Below, in pieces: positions 9,255-17,359 of a stretch of 40,172 bases of DNA; the first letter of the stretch is position 1; every line of letters begins with the position of its first letter. This DNA is from a bacterium (GTDB taxonomy: Bacteria > JADJOY01): the NCBI GenBank assembly GCA_046331705.1, contig JAXLQJ010000065.1, positions 1-40,172 on the forward strand, read 5' to 3'. The position numbers and the translations under genes are program-made. Below the pieces are notes generated by a model. That model was not told the DNA's origin and searched no databases. It saw nothing but the letters and a program-made list of their open reading frames with translations.

Positions 9255-10409
9255 ATGAGGCGAGCGGCCACCGTCACCAAGCTCGGCAGCGCGCGGCGCG
9301 CCGCGCGGGCCGACTCCACCGCGGCCGAGGTGCTGGCCAACCTGGTGGAAGGCGTGGTGGTGATCGATCGGCAGTACCGCGTCGTGCAAATGAACCCCGC
9401 CGCCGAGCGCATCACGGGCCGATCGGAGGCACGCGTGGTGGGATCGAACCTCGCCGAGGCCGTGCCCCTGAATCCCGAGGTCGTGCGCTTGGCGCGGCGC
9501 TGTCTCGATACCGGCGGCAGCGCCGCCGACCGCACCGTGACCCTCGACCGCGCGCCCCGCGACCCGCTGCCCGTCGAGGTGCTCGCTTCGCCGTGGATCG
9601 ACGCCTCCGGTCTCTCCCGGGGCGCCGTGCTGGTGTTCATGGACCGCTCGCCGCGGGAGGTGATCGCCGAGGAGGTGCGGCGCGGCGACCGGCTCGCGAT
9701 GGCGGAGGCGCTCGGCGCTCGGCTCGCGCACGAGGTGCGCAATCCGCTGGGCGGGATCCAGGGGGCCGCCCAGCTCCTCGCCCGGCGCGCGGCGGGTCGG
9801 CGCGATCTCGAGGAATGCGTCGAGGTGATCGTGCGCGAGGTCGGGCGCCTCGACGTGCTGGTGGGCGCCGTGCTGGAGCTGGCGCGCGACGCGAGCGGAC
9901 CGCGCGAGCTGGTGAACGTTCACCTGCTGCTCGACGAGCTGATCCAGGTCACGCGCGCCGATCCGGCGACCTGCGGCGTCGAGGTGCGCTGCTCGTTCGA
10001 TCCGAGCCTGCCGGAGATCCGCGTCGACGTCCAGGCGTTCGCCCGGGTGTTCCGCAACCTGATGCGCAACGCCGCCGAGGCGCAGCGCGGCACCGGCGTG
10101 ATCGAGCTCGCCACGTCGTACGCCGCGGACTACAGCCGCGTGCTGCGCGAAGGAGCGTCGGCGCGGTTCGTGAAAATCGAGTTCCGCGACGACGGGCCGG
10201 GCATCCCGCCCGAGATCAAGGAACGAATCTTCACGCCGCTCTTCACCACCAAGTCCACCGGCACCGGGCTCGGGCTGGCGATCGCGCTCAAGATCGTGGA
10301 GGACCACGGCGGCTTCATGCGGGTGCTGCCGCGAGTGCCGCGCGGATCGATCTTCGAGGTCTACGTGCCGATCGAGGTGCCGCGCGAGCGTGGCGGAGAG
10401 CCGGCATGA
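9255..10409 (+). CDS. ntrB: PAS-domain histidine kinase, NtrB/GlnL-like
   Basis: PAS segment (NPAAE), H-box LAHEVRNPLGGIQGAAQLL and DPSLPE, both NtrB-like. N/G boxes NLMRNAAEA, DDGPGIP, GTGLGL. Confidence 0.8.
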   Translation: MRRAATVTKLGSARRAARADSTAAEVLANLVEGVVVIDRQYRVVQMNPAAERITGRSEARVVGSNLAEAVPLNPEVVRLARRCLDTGGSAADRTVTLDRAPRDPLPVEVLASPWIDASGLSRGAVLVFMDRSPREVIAEEVRRGDRLAMAEALGARLAHEVRNPLGGIQGAAQLLARRAAGRRDLEECVEVIVREVGRLDVLVGAVLELARDASGPRELVNVHLLLDELIQVTRADPATCGVEVRCSFDPSLPEIRVDVQAFARVFRNLMRNAAEAQRGTGVIELATSYAADYSRVLREGASARFVKIEFRDDGPGIPPEIKERIFTPLFTTKSTGTGLGLAIALKIVEDHGGFMRVLPRVPRGSIFEVYVPIEVPRERGGEPA

Positions 10410-11857
10410 CACGCCACGCGCTGGTGGTCGACGACGAGCCGGGCATCCGTTTCGCGCTGCGTGGCCTCCTCGAGGAGCGCGGCTTCCACGTCGACGAGGC
10501 GGCTTCGGGCGAGCGGGCGCTCGAGGCGCTGGCGCAGCTCGACTACGACGTGGCGTTCGTCGACATCGTGATGTCCGGGATGAGCGGGATGGACGTTCTC
10601 GATCGCGTGCGCGCCGCCGGCAGCGAGACGCCGATGATCGTGATGACGGCGCAAGACACCATGCGCAACGCCGTCGAAGCCATGAAGCGAGGCGCCTTCG
10701 ATTACGTGACCAAGCCCTTCGATCTCGCCGAGATCGAGGTGATCGCGGAGCGCGCGCTCGAGATGCGCGGCATGCGGCGCACGGTCGAGCGGCTCAAGGG
10801 CCGCGAGCGCGACGCGCCGTCCCCGGAGATCACGCTGGTGGGGCGATCGCCGGTGATGCAGCAGCTCTTCAAGACCATCGGCCGCATCGCCGCCAGCGAC
10901 GCGACCGTGATGCTGGAAGGCGAATCGGGCACGGGCAAGGAGCTGATCGCCCACGCGATCCACAAGAACGGCTCGCGCGCCTCGGGCCCGTTCGTGCCGG
11001 TGAACTCGGCGGCGATCCCCGCCGAGCTTCTCGAGAGCGAGCTCTTCGGGCACTCGCGCGGCGCCTTCACCGGCGCCACCGACGCCCGGGCCGGCCGCTT
11101 CGAGGAAGCCGACGGCGGGACGCTCTTCCTCGACGAGATCGGCGAGATGTCGCTGCCGCTTCAGTCGAAGATCCTGCGCGTGCTCGAGGATCGTCGCATC
11201 CAGCGGGTCGGAGGCGGGCCGATCCGAGAGGTGAACGTCCGCGTGGTGGCCGCGACGCACCGCGACCTGGAGGCGGAGGTCGAGGCCGGTCGATTCCGGC
11301 GCGACCTCTTCTATCGCTTGGCGGTGGTGCGGGTGCGGGTCCCGCCGTTGCGCGAGCGTCTCGATGACTTGCCGCTGCTCGTCGAGCATTTCCTAGCGCG
11401 CCACGCGGTCGATGTGGGCGGCGCCACGCGAGCCGTGGATCGCGAGGTGATCGAGGCCATGCGCCGCCACTCGTGGCCCGGCAACGTGCGCGAGCTCGAG
11501 AACGCGGTGCGGCGCGCGCTGTTGCTGGGGGCGGCGCCGGTGCTGCGCCTGGTCGATTTCCCCGAGCTGGGGCGCGGCGCTCCCACCGCGAGCGCGCCGC
11601 CCGACGGCGCCAAGCTCGAGCAGCTCGCGCGCGCGGCGATCGCCGCCGAGCTCGACGCGGGCGTCTCGCGCTGGGGCACGCTGCACCGCGACGTGCTCGA
11701 CCAGATCGAGCGACCGCTGGTGGAATTGATCTTGGAGCGAACCGGGGGTAATCAGCTCAAGGCGGCCGATTGGCTCGGGATCAATCGCAACACGCTGCGC
11801 AAGAAGATCCGCTTGCTCAAGGTCGTGCTGGACCGCGCGGGCGGTGCCGGCGGATGA
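10406..11857 (+). CDS. ntrC: sigma54-dependent response regulator, NtrC/GlnG-like
   Basis: Receiver (VVDDE, D, KPF), GESGTGKE, ESELFGH, GAFTGA, FLDEIGE, WPGNVRELEN, and Fis HTH GGNQLKAADWLGINRNTLRKK. ATGA overlap with the kinase. Confidence 0.85.
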   Translation: MTRHALVVDDEPGIRFALRGLLEERGFHVDEAASGERALEALAQLDYDVAFVDIVMSGMSGMDVLDRVRAAGSETPMIVMTAQDTMRNAVEAMKRGAFDYVTKPFDLAEIEVIAERALEMRGMRRTVERLKGRERDAPSPEITLVGRSPVMQQLFKTIGRIAASDATVMLEGESGTGKELIAHAIHKNGSRASGPFVPVNSAAIPAELLESELFGHSRGAFTGATDARAGRFEEADGGTLFLDEIGEMSLPLQSKILRVLEDRRIQRVGGGPIREVNVRVVAATHRDLEAEVEAGRFRRDLFYRLAVVRVRVPPLRERLDDLPLLVEHFLARHAVDVGGATRAVDREVIEAMRRHSWPGNVRELENAVRRALLLGAAPVLRLVDFPELGRGAPTASAPPDGAKLEQLARAAIAAELDAGVSRWGTLHRDVLDQIERPLVELILERTGGNQLKAADWLGINRNTLRKKIRLLKVVLDRAGGAGG

Positions 11858-11924
11858 TCTCGCCGGTGCGTGCCCGGCGGACGACGGGCGGCGGCGCTGG
11901 GCGTGAACGGGGGGCGAGGCTTCG

Positions 11925-12581
11925 ATGACGATTCACGACCTGCTGCGCGGTGTGTACGTCATCGTCGACAACTCGTTGGTGCCCGAGCGCTCGCACGAGG
12001 AGCTCGCGCAAGCGGCGCTCGACGCGGGCGCGCGCGTGCTTCAGCTACGCGCCAAGACGCTGCCGCGTCGCGAGGTGGTGGAGGTGGGGCGCCGCATCCG
12101 CGAGCTCACGCGGCGCGTGGGCGCGCTCTTCATCCTCAACGACCTGGTCGACGTGGCCCTGCTGCTCGATGCCGACGGTGTGCACCTCGGGCAAGGCGAT
12201 TTCCAGCTCAGCGTGGCGCGGCGAATCGTGGGCTACCGGCTCATCATCGGCATCTCGACCCACGATCGCGAGCAGGCGCAGGCGGCGGCGAAGGGCGGGG
12301 CCGACTACATCGGCTTCGGGCCGGTGTTCCCGACGGACAGCAAGCAGAGTGGCTACGCGCCCACGGGCATCGATGCATTGCGGGACGTGGCGGAGCTGGT
12401 GCGCCCGCCGGTGGTCGCCATCGGCGGCCTCAACGCGGCGCGCTTCACCGCCGTGCTGGATGCAGGCGCGACGGCGGGGGCGTTCCTCTCGGCGATCTGC
12501 GCCGCCGACGACGTGCGCGGTGCCACCGAGGAGCTCGTGAGCCTGCACCGCCGCCGCGCGCCGCAAGAAGTGCTGCGCTGA
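11925..12581 (+). CDS. thiE: Thiamine-phosphate synthase
   Basis: QLRAK, ND, GVHLGQGD, GISTH, GPVFPTDSK and AIGG motifs. Confidence 0.94.
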   Translation: MTIHDLLRGVYVIVDNSLVPERSHEELAQAALDAGARVLQLRAKTLPRREVVEVGRRIRELTRRVGALFILNDLVDVALLLDADGVHLGQGDFQLSVARRIVGYRLIIGISTHDREQAQAAAKGGADYIGFGPVFPTDSKQSGYAPTGIDALRDVAELVRPPVVAIGGLNAARFTAVLDAGATAGAFLSAICAADDVRGATEELVSLHRRRAPQEVLR

Positions 12582-12669
12582 TGCGGGCGCTGGCGAGGCT
12601 GGGGCACGGCGGCGCCGGCCGGGTCGTGAGCGGTCCGCGGCGCGCCCGCGACGCGACGCGATCGGCGAG

Positions 12670-13440
12670 ATGACCCCTCGGGTGCTGCTGGTCGCTGGTC
12701 TCGATCCGACCGGCGGAGCGGGGGTCACGGCCGATCTCGCCGTGCTGCGACGGGCGAGCGTGGCCGGGGTCGTGGCGGTCACGGCGGTCACGGTTCAGGA
12801 CGCGAGCGGAGTCCAGAGCACCGTGGCGATGTCGGGCTCGGTCGTGGCCACGACGATCCGGACGCTCGCGCGCCAGGCTCCGATCGATGCGATCAAGATC
12901 GGCATGCTCGCCACCCGCGAGATCGTGGAATCGGTGGCGGACTGCCTGCGCGAGATCTCGCACGGCCCGGTGGTGCTCGATCCGTTGATCGCGTCGGGCA
13001 CCGGCGTCCCGTTGCTCGAGGGCAGAGCGCTCGACGCGCTCGTCGCGCGGCTCGTTCCCGAGGCCGACGTGCTCACACCCAACGTGCCGGAGGTGGAGCG
13101 CCTGACGGGCCGTGCTGCTGCGAGTTGCGAGGGCGAGCTGGCCGCCGCTCGCTGGCTCCGTGAGCGCGGGGCGCGCGCGGTGTTGCTCAAAGGCGGGCAT
13201 CGCGAAGGGGAGCCCGACGATCTGTGGGTGGATGTGGCGCGCACGATCCGATTGCCGGGTCGACGCATCGGCGAGGGGCGCATCCACGGCGCCGGCTGTG
13301 CGCTCGCTTCGTGGATCGCCGCCGGACTGGCGCTCGGGCTCGACGGGCTGGCGGCCGCGCGCCGCGCCAAGGCCGAGGTGGCGGCGGCGATCGAATGCGC
13401 CGAGGTCCAACCGAACGGCGTCCGCTACCTGCGCTGGTGA
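12670..13440 (+). CDS. thiD: Hydroxymethylpyrimidine / phosphomethylpyrimidine kinase
   Basis: AGLDPTGGAGVTAD, TVQD, KIGML, LDP, TPN, KGGH and HGAGC motifs. Confidence 0.92.
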   Translation: MTPRVLLVAGLDPTGGAGVTADLAVLRRASVAGVVAVTAVTVQDASGVQSTVAMSGSVVATTIRTLARQAPIDAIKIGMLATREIVESVADCLREISHGPVVLDPLIASGTGVPLLEGRALDALVARLVPEADVLTPNVPEVERLTGRAAASCEGELAAARWLRERGARAVLLKGGHREGEPDDLWVDVARTIRLPGRRIGEGRIHGAGCALASWIAAGLALGLDGLAAARRAKAEVAAAIECAEVQPNGVRYLRW

Positions 13441-13527
13441 AGTCCGTGCTCACGCGGCGCGTGGCGCCGGTGAGCCGCGCGCACGGCTGCGGATTCAGGC
13501 GCCCGGCGGAACCGTCGCGGTGGCCGC

Positions 13528-13553
13528 CGGCGGGGGCTCACGCGCCCCCGCCG
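13528..13553. terminator. Hairpin between convergent thiD and the coiled-coil gene
   Basis: CGGCGGGGGC-tcacgc-GCCCCCGCCG, perfect 10-bp stem with no strong U-tract. Confidence 0.5.
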
Positions 13554-13581
13554 AGAAGCCGCGATCCGCTGCGACCTGGGA

Positions 13582-15798
13582 TTACGGCGCGACCTGGAAT
13601 CGCAGCGCGCGCCGGTCCTCGCTTTCGCCCACCTTGAGCGTGCTCATCAACGTGTAGCTACCCACGGCGAGGTTGCTCGGCAGCGCCGATTCGAGCGTGG
13701 CCGAGAAGGCACCATTTTGCGGTCCGAGCTTTCGCGAGACCGACAAGAAATCCACGGCGCTGCCGTTGGGGTCGAGCACCTGCAGGGTGATCGAGCGCGG
13801 CTCGTCGGCCGACGCGTCCTGGATCTTGTACTTGAGCGTCACGTAGAGCTTGTCGCCGAGACGGAAGCTCGATTGCTGGGCTTGCTGCGAGCCGTCGTTG
13901 TTGACGTTGACCTTCGTGATCCGCACCTCACGCCCGGCGGGCGACGGTGCGGCAACCTGCGGGATGGGTTCCGGAGCAGGGGCCGGCGCGGCCCGCGGCG
14001 GCTCGACGACGGGGGGAGCCGGCACCGGGGCGGGGACGGGCGCCAGCGCTTCCGAGGGCACCGACCGGGGCGCGGGCTCCGGCGTGACCGGGCGGGGCGG
14101 AGGCGTCACCACGGCGACGGGTGGCGCAGGCGGTACCGCTCGGCCCATGCGCTCGAGCTGACCCTCGAGCTGCTCGTTGCGCGACTCTGCGGCCGCGAGC
14201 TTGGCCTCGGTCTGGTGGAGCATCTGCTCCACGGCCTCGCGCACCATCTCGGCGACGCGCAGCTGCTTCTCGGCGTCGGTGCGGGTGGCGAGCTTTTCCT
14301 TGAACTCGGCCTCGAGATCCGTCTTCGACTTCTCGAGCGTGGTGATCTGGTTCTTGGCCGCCGCGAGCTCGTTCTGCAGCGCCAGGATCTCGTTGGTGGA
14401 GCGGCTGATTTCCTTGTTGGCGTCCTGCCCCTTGGACACGGCGTCCTTGAGGTTCTGGTTGGCCGCCATGGCGCTCTGCCGGAGCCCCTCGGCCTCGGAC
14501 TCGATCTGTTGCCGGGCGCGGTTGGCATCGGCGAGCTGAGCGTTGAGGGCTTCGACCTGCGTGAGCAGCGACGCCCGCTCCTTCTCGAACTGCGCACGGG
14601 AGGCGGCTGCCTGCTCGAGGTTGGCCGAGGTGCTCTTGGTCTCCTCGGCGCTGCGATTGAGCGCGGTCTTGAGCGACTCGTTCTCGGTCGCCAGACGCTT
14701 GGCCTCGGCGTCGGTGGCGGCGCGGGTCCGGGTGAGCTCGTCGAGCCGCGCGCGCATGGCGGTGTTCTCTTCGCTCACCCGCTTGATCTCGGCGCTCAAG
14801 CGCTCGTTCGTCTGCGCCAGCGATTGGCTGTCGCTCTGCAACCGATCGAGGTTGGCCTTGAGCGTTCCCGCCTGGTCGCTCGATGCGCGCACCTTGTCGG
14901 AGAGCAGCGCGCTCGAGCTCATCTCCTTGTCGAGCTTCGCCTGCAGGTCGGCGCGCTCGGCCTCGGCCCGCTTGAGGCGCGCGTCGAGGTCGGCGTTGGT
15001 GCCGGTCAGGTCCTGGATGCGCTGGCGAAGCTGCTGGTTCTCGCGGCCTTTCTCCGCCTGCGCAGGACCGAGGTCCGCGATTTGCTTCTCCGCTTGGGTG
15101 GCACGGGTGCTGGCGGCCTGGGCGTCGCGCTGCAAGCGATCACGCTCGGCCTTGACCGACTCGAGCTCGATCTTCTGCTGGTTGAGCAAGGTGGTGATCT
15201 GCTGGACCTGGTTCGACAGGTCCTGGCGCTCGCGGAGCAAGCGCTCGCGCTCGCTGCTCGTGGCCTGGCCGGAGACCTTGGCGTCGAGGGCGGCGCGTTG
15301 CGCGTCGGCGATCGCCTGCTTGGCGGCATCCACTTCCTGACGGGACTGGTCGGTGCGGCGCTTGAGCTCCGCCGCGTCGCGGGCCATCCGGTCGATCTCG
15401 GCCTGCGCGCTCGCCTTTTCCGTCTGGAGCTGGCTCACGCGTGACTCGAGCTCGGCCTTCTCGTTGACCACCGCGACCATCTTCTCGACCAGCTTCTCCT
15501 TGTCCTGGCGGGCGTCGCGCTCGCGCGCCAGGAGCTGCTCGCGCTCGGTCTTGAGCGCTTCGGCGTCGCGCGAAGCGGCGCTGAGCTGGCTTTGCAGGTC
15601 GCGGAGTTGCGCCTGCGCCTTCATGAACTCCTGAACCAGGAGCTCGTGGTCGCTGGAGCGAATCACGTCCTCCGAGCTCGCGCCCGACTTGCTCGGGGCC
15701 GGCGTGCTCTTGCTTTGCGCGAACGCTGGAGCCAGGGGTGCGATACCGCTCGCGAGGAGCACGACGAGCACTGCCCTCGGCAGGGACGTGGGAAACAT
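13582..15798 (-). CDS. Exported long coiled-coil protein with Pro-rich linker and C-terminal beta-rich domain (738 aa)
   Basis: GGAGG RBS before ATG 15798. Signal peptide ending APAFA, about 500 aa of heptad-like E/Q/K/A/L sequence, a PAPP-rich stretch, then a beta-strand-patterned C-terminus. Confidence 0.85.
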   Translation of the reverse strand: MFPTSLPRAVLVVLLASGIAPLAPAFAQSKSTPAPSKSGASSEDVIRSSDHELLVQEFMKAQAQLRDLQSQLSAASRDAEALKTEREQLLARERDARQDKEKLVEKMVAVVNEKAELESRVSQLQTEKASAQAEIDRMARDAAELKRRTDQSRQEVDAAKQAIADAQRAALDAKVSGQATSSERERLLRERQDLSNQVQQITTLLNQQKIELESVKAERDRLQRDAQAASTRATQAEKQIADLGPAQAEKGRENQQLRQRIQDLTGTNADLDARLKRAEAERADLQAKLDKEMSSSALLSDKVRASSDQAGTLKANLDRLQSDSQSLAQTNERLSAEIKRVSEENTAMRARLDELTRTRAATDAEAKRLATENESLKTALNRSAEETKSTSANLEQAAASRAQFEKERASLLTQVEALNAQLADANRARQQIESEAEGLRQSAMAANQNLKDAVSKGQDANKEISRSTNEILALQNELAAAKNQITTLEKSKTDLEAEFKEKLATRTDAEKQLRVAEMVREAVEQMLHQTEAKLAAAESRNEQLEGQLERMGRAVPPAPPVAVVTPPPRPVTPEPAPRSVPSEALAPVPAPVPAPPVVEPPRAAPAPAPEPIPQVAAPSPAGREVRITKVNVNNDGSQQAQQSSFRLGDKLYVTLKYKIQDASADEPRSITLQVLDPNGSAVDFLSVSRKLGPQNGAFSATLESALPSNLAVGSYTLMSTLKVGESEDRRALRFQVAP

Positions 15799-15862
15799 TC
15801 GTGGATCCTCCCTTCGTCTGCAGCCGCGAAAAACGGCGCAACGGGGGTCGAAATCGTCGAGG

Positions 15863-15892
15863 TCTATATCAGGGTTCCGTCGAAAGATGCAA
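15863..15892 (-). promoter_or_regulatory. Possible sigma70 promoter for the coiled-coil gene
   Basis: TTGCAT-N18-TATAGA with a TG extension, in a locally AT-richer gap. Confidence 0.35.
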
Positions 15893-15964
15893 GGATTATC
15901 CGAGCTTTCGCCGTGTTCGCGACGAGAGCTCGAGCGCGCTCGGTGCGCCGCGCCGGGGCTCTTC

Positions 15965-16738
15965 TCAGGCTGGAAGCGTGGTACCGCAGTGGGGGCAAAA
16001 CCCCACGATCGGGTCGATGGGACGTGAGCAGCTCCGGCAATGCGACGGCGGCGCGCCGGCGCGACCGCTGCGGGGCGCCTCGGCGATCGAGAGGAGCAAA
16101 CCCTTCGCCGCCATGGCACGACGCAGCGCGGCGACGAACGCCTCCGGCAAGTCGCCGAGGATGAGCAGCTGCTGGTTGCGCGCGCGCAGTCGCGTGCGGC
16201 GGTCGAGGCTGCCGCTGGTCTCGATGCCCTCGATCGCCTCCAGCGCAAGCTTGAGGTCGCGTGCGCCCATCGCACGGTCGAGGACTCCGACCGGGGTGAA
16301 GGTCACCCGGCGGTTGGTGAGGTGGAGCATGCCGCTCTGGGTGATGAGGCGGCTGACGAAGAGATTCACGCGCGCCTCGGCGAGCACCTCTTCGCGGGGA
16401 CTGGCCTCGCCATCCGGGGTTCGGCTGAGCAGGGCGCGTAGCTCGCGCTCCAAGTTGTCGAAGTTGCGCCCGACGAATCGGAACGTCTTGATCGCCGTGC
16501 GCAAGGTGAGCTTCTTGGTGGCGTCGCCCTCGCTGCCGAGGCGCTGGATCTCGTCGACGGCGACCGTCACTCGCTCGGCGCCGACGGCACGATCGATCGT
16601 ACCGGTCGGCACGAACACCAGGCGTACGTTGGTGAGGTGCAGGATCCCGGTCTGGGCGAGCATCCGCGAGATGTAGTAAGTGGCCCTGACGCGCTCGATC
16701 TCGCGTTCGCTCGGCTCGAGAACGACGTCTGTGGCCAT
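15965..16738 (-). CDS. Protein with two GRAM/PH-like repeats and a C-terminal zinc ribbon
   Basis: Internal duplication GILHLTNVRLVFVPTG / GMLHLTNRRVTFTPVG. Terminal CRSC...CPHC. ATG 16738 start inferred. Confidence 0.75.
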   Translation of the reverse strand: MATDVVLEPSEREIERVRATYYISRMLAQTGILHLTNVRLVFVPTGTIDRAVGAERVTVAVDEIQRLGSEGDATKKLTLRTAIKTFRFVGRNFDNLERELRALLSRTPDGEASPREEVLAEARVNLFVSRLITQSGMLHLTNRRVTFTPVGVLDRAMGARDLKLALEAIEGIETSGSLDRRTRLRARNQQLLILGDLPEAFVAALRRAMAAKGLLLSIAEAPRSGRAGAPPSHCRSCSRPIDPIVGFCPHCGTTLPA

Positions 16739-16798
16739 CTCGAGCGGTCTCCGGGAGGCCGCGCCTGCTGCGAAGCGGCGGAATTTGACGGCCGCGTT

Positions 16799-16828
16799 TG
16801 TATAGGGCAGAAGCTCCGTGAACGTCAA
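16799..16828 (-). promoter_or_regulatory. Possible sigma70 promoter for the GRAM/PH-like gene
   Basis: TTGACG-N18-TATACA about 60 nt upstream of ATG 16738. Confidence 0.45.
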
Positions 16829-17039
16829 CGAATCTCCCCGAGGCGCATGCGGGCACGGCGCCCCGCGGTGGGGGCGGACGGTGCCCGGGCGCGCGCCCGA
16901 ACGGGACTTCCTGTGAGCCGGGTCACGCGCTCGTCGCCACCGGTGGCGGCCCGCGGTGATCGGGGGCGTCCCTAGCGCAGCGGTCGCATTTCGAGCATCG
17001 CCCAGCGTCGCCCGCCTCGGTCGGGCCAGGAGTCGAGCC

Positions 17040-17321
17040 ATGCGAACCTGTCATGCGTGCGGCACGGAGGTGGGCTTCGACGGTCGCGTGGGCTTTCGCG
17101 ACGAGTGCACCCGTTGCTTGCGACCGCTGCACATCTGCCGCAACTGCCGGCATTGGGACGAGGCGGCGGGCGGCATCTGCCGCGAGCCGGTGGCCGAGAA
17201 GGTGCGGGATCCCGAGCGCGCGAACCTGTGCGAATGGTTCCTCTTCCAGGAGGGCGAGCGCGGCGATGCGCAGGCGCTGGCGGCGGCCCGCGCCGCCGCC
17301 GAGAAGCTCTTCAAGGGCTGA
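17040..17321 (+). CDS. Small Cys-rich (probable zinc-binding) hypothetical protein, 93 aa
   Basis: AGGAG RBS. Eight Cys (CHAC, CTRC, CRNC, C, NLCEWF) and a C-terminal AAEKLFK. Confidence 0.8.
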   Translation: MRTCHACGTEVGFDGRVGFRDECTRCLRPLHICRNCRHWDEAAGGICREPVAEKVRDPERANLCEWFLFQEGERGDAQALAAARAAAEKLFKG

Positions 17322-17359
17322 CGGTCCCTGGGGCGCCGCGCCGAGCGCGCACCCGAGCG

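Noticed and set aside
8729-10405. Apparent 1042-aa NtrC with a long N-terminal extension
   Set aside because: The extension is Arg/Gly-rich off-frame sequence over mobA and ntrB. The real start is ATG 10406, overlapping the ntrB stop.
11858-11924. TPP riboswitch upstream of thiE
   Set aside because: The gap is only 67 nt and lacks the conserved TPP aptamer motifs
13582-15798. SMC or chromosome segregation protein
   Set aside because: No Walker A/B or hinge, and it carries a signal peptide
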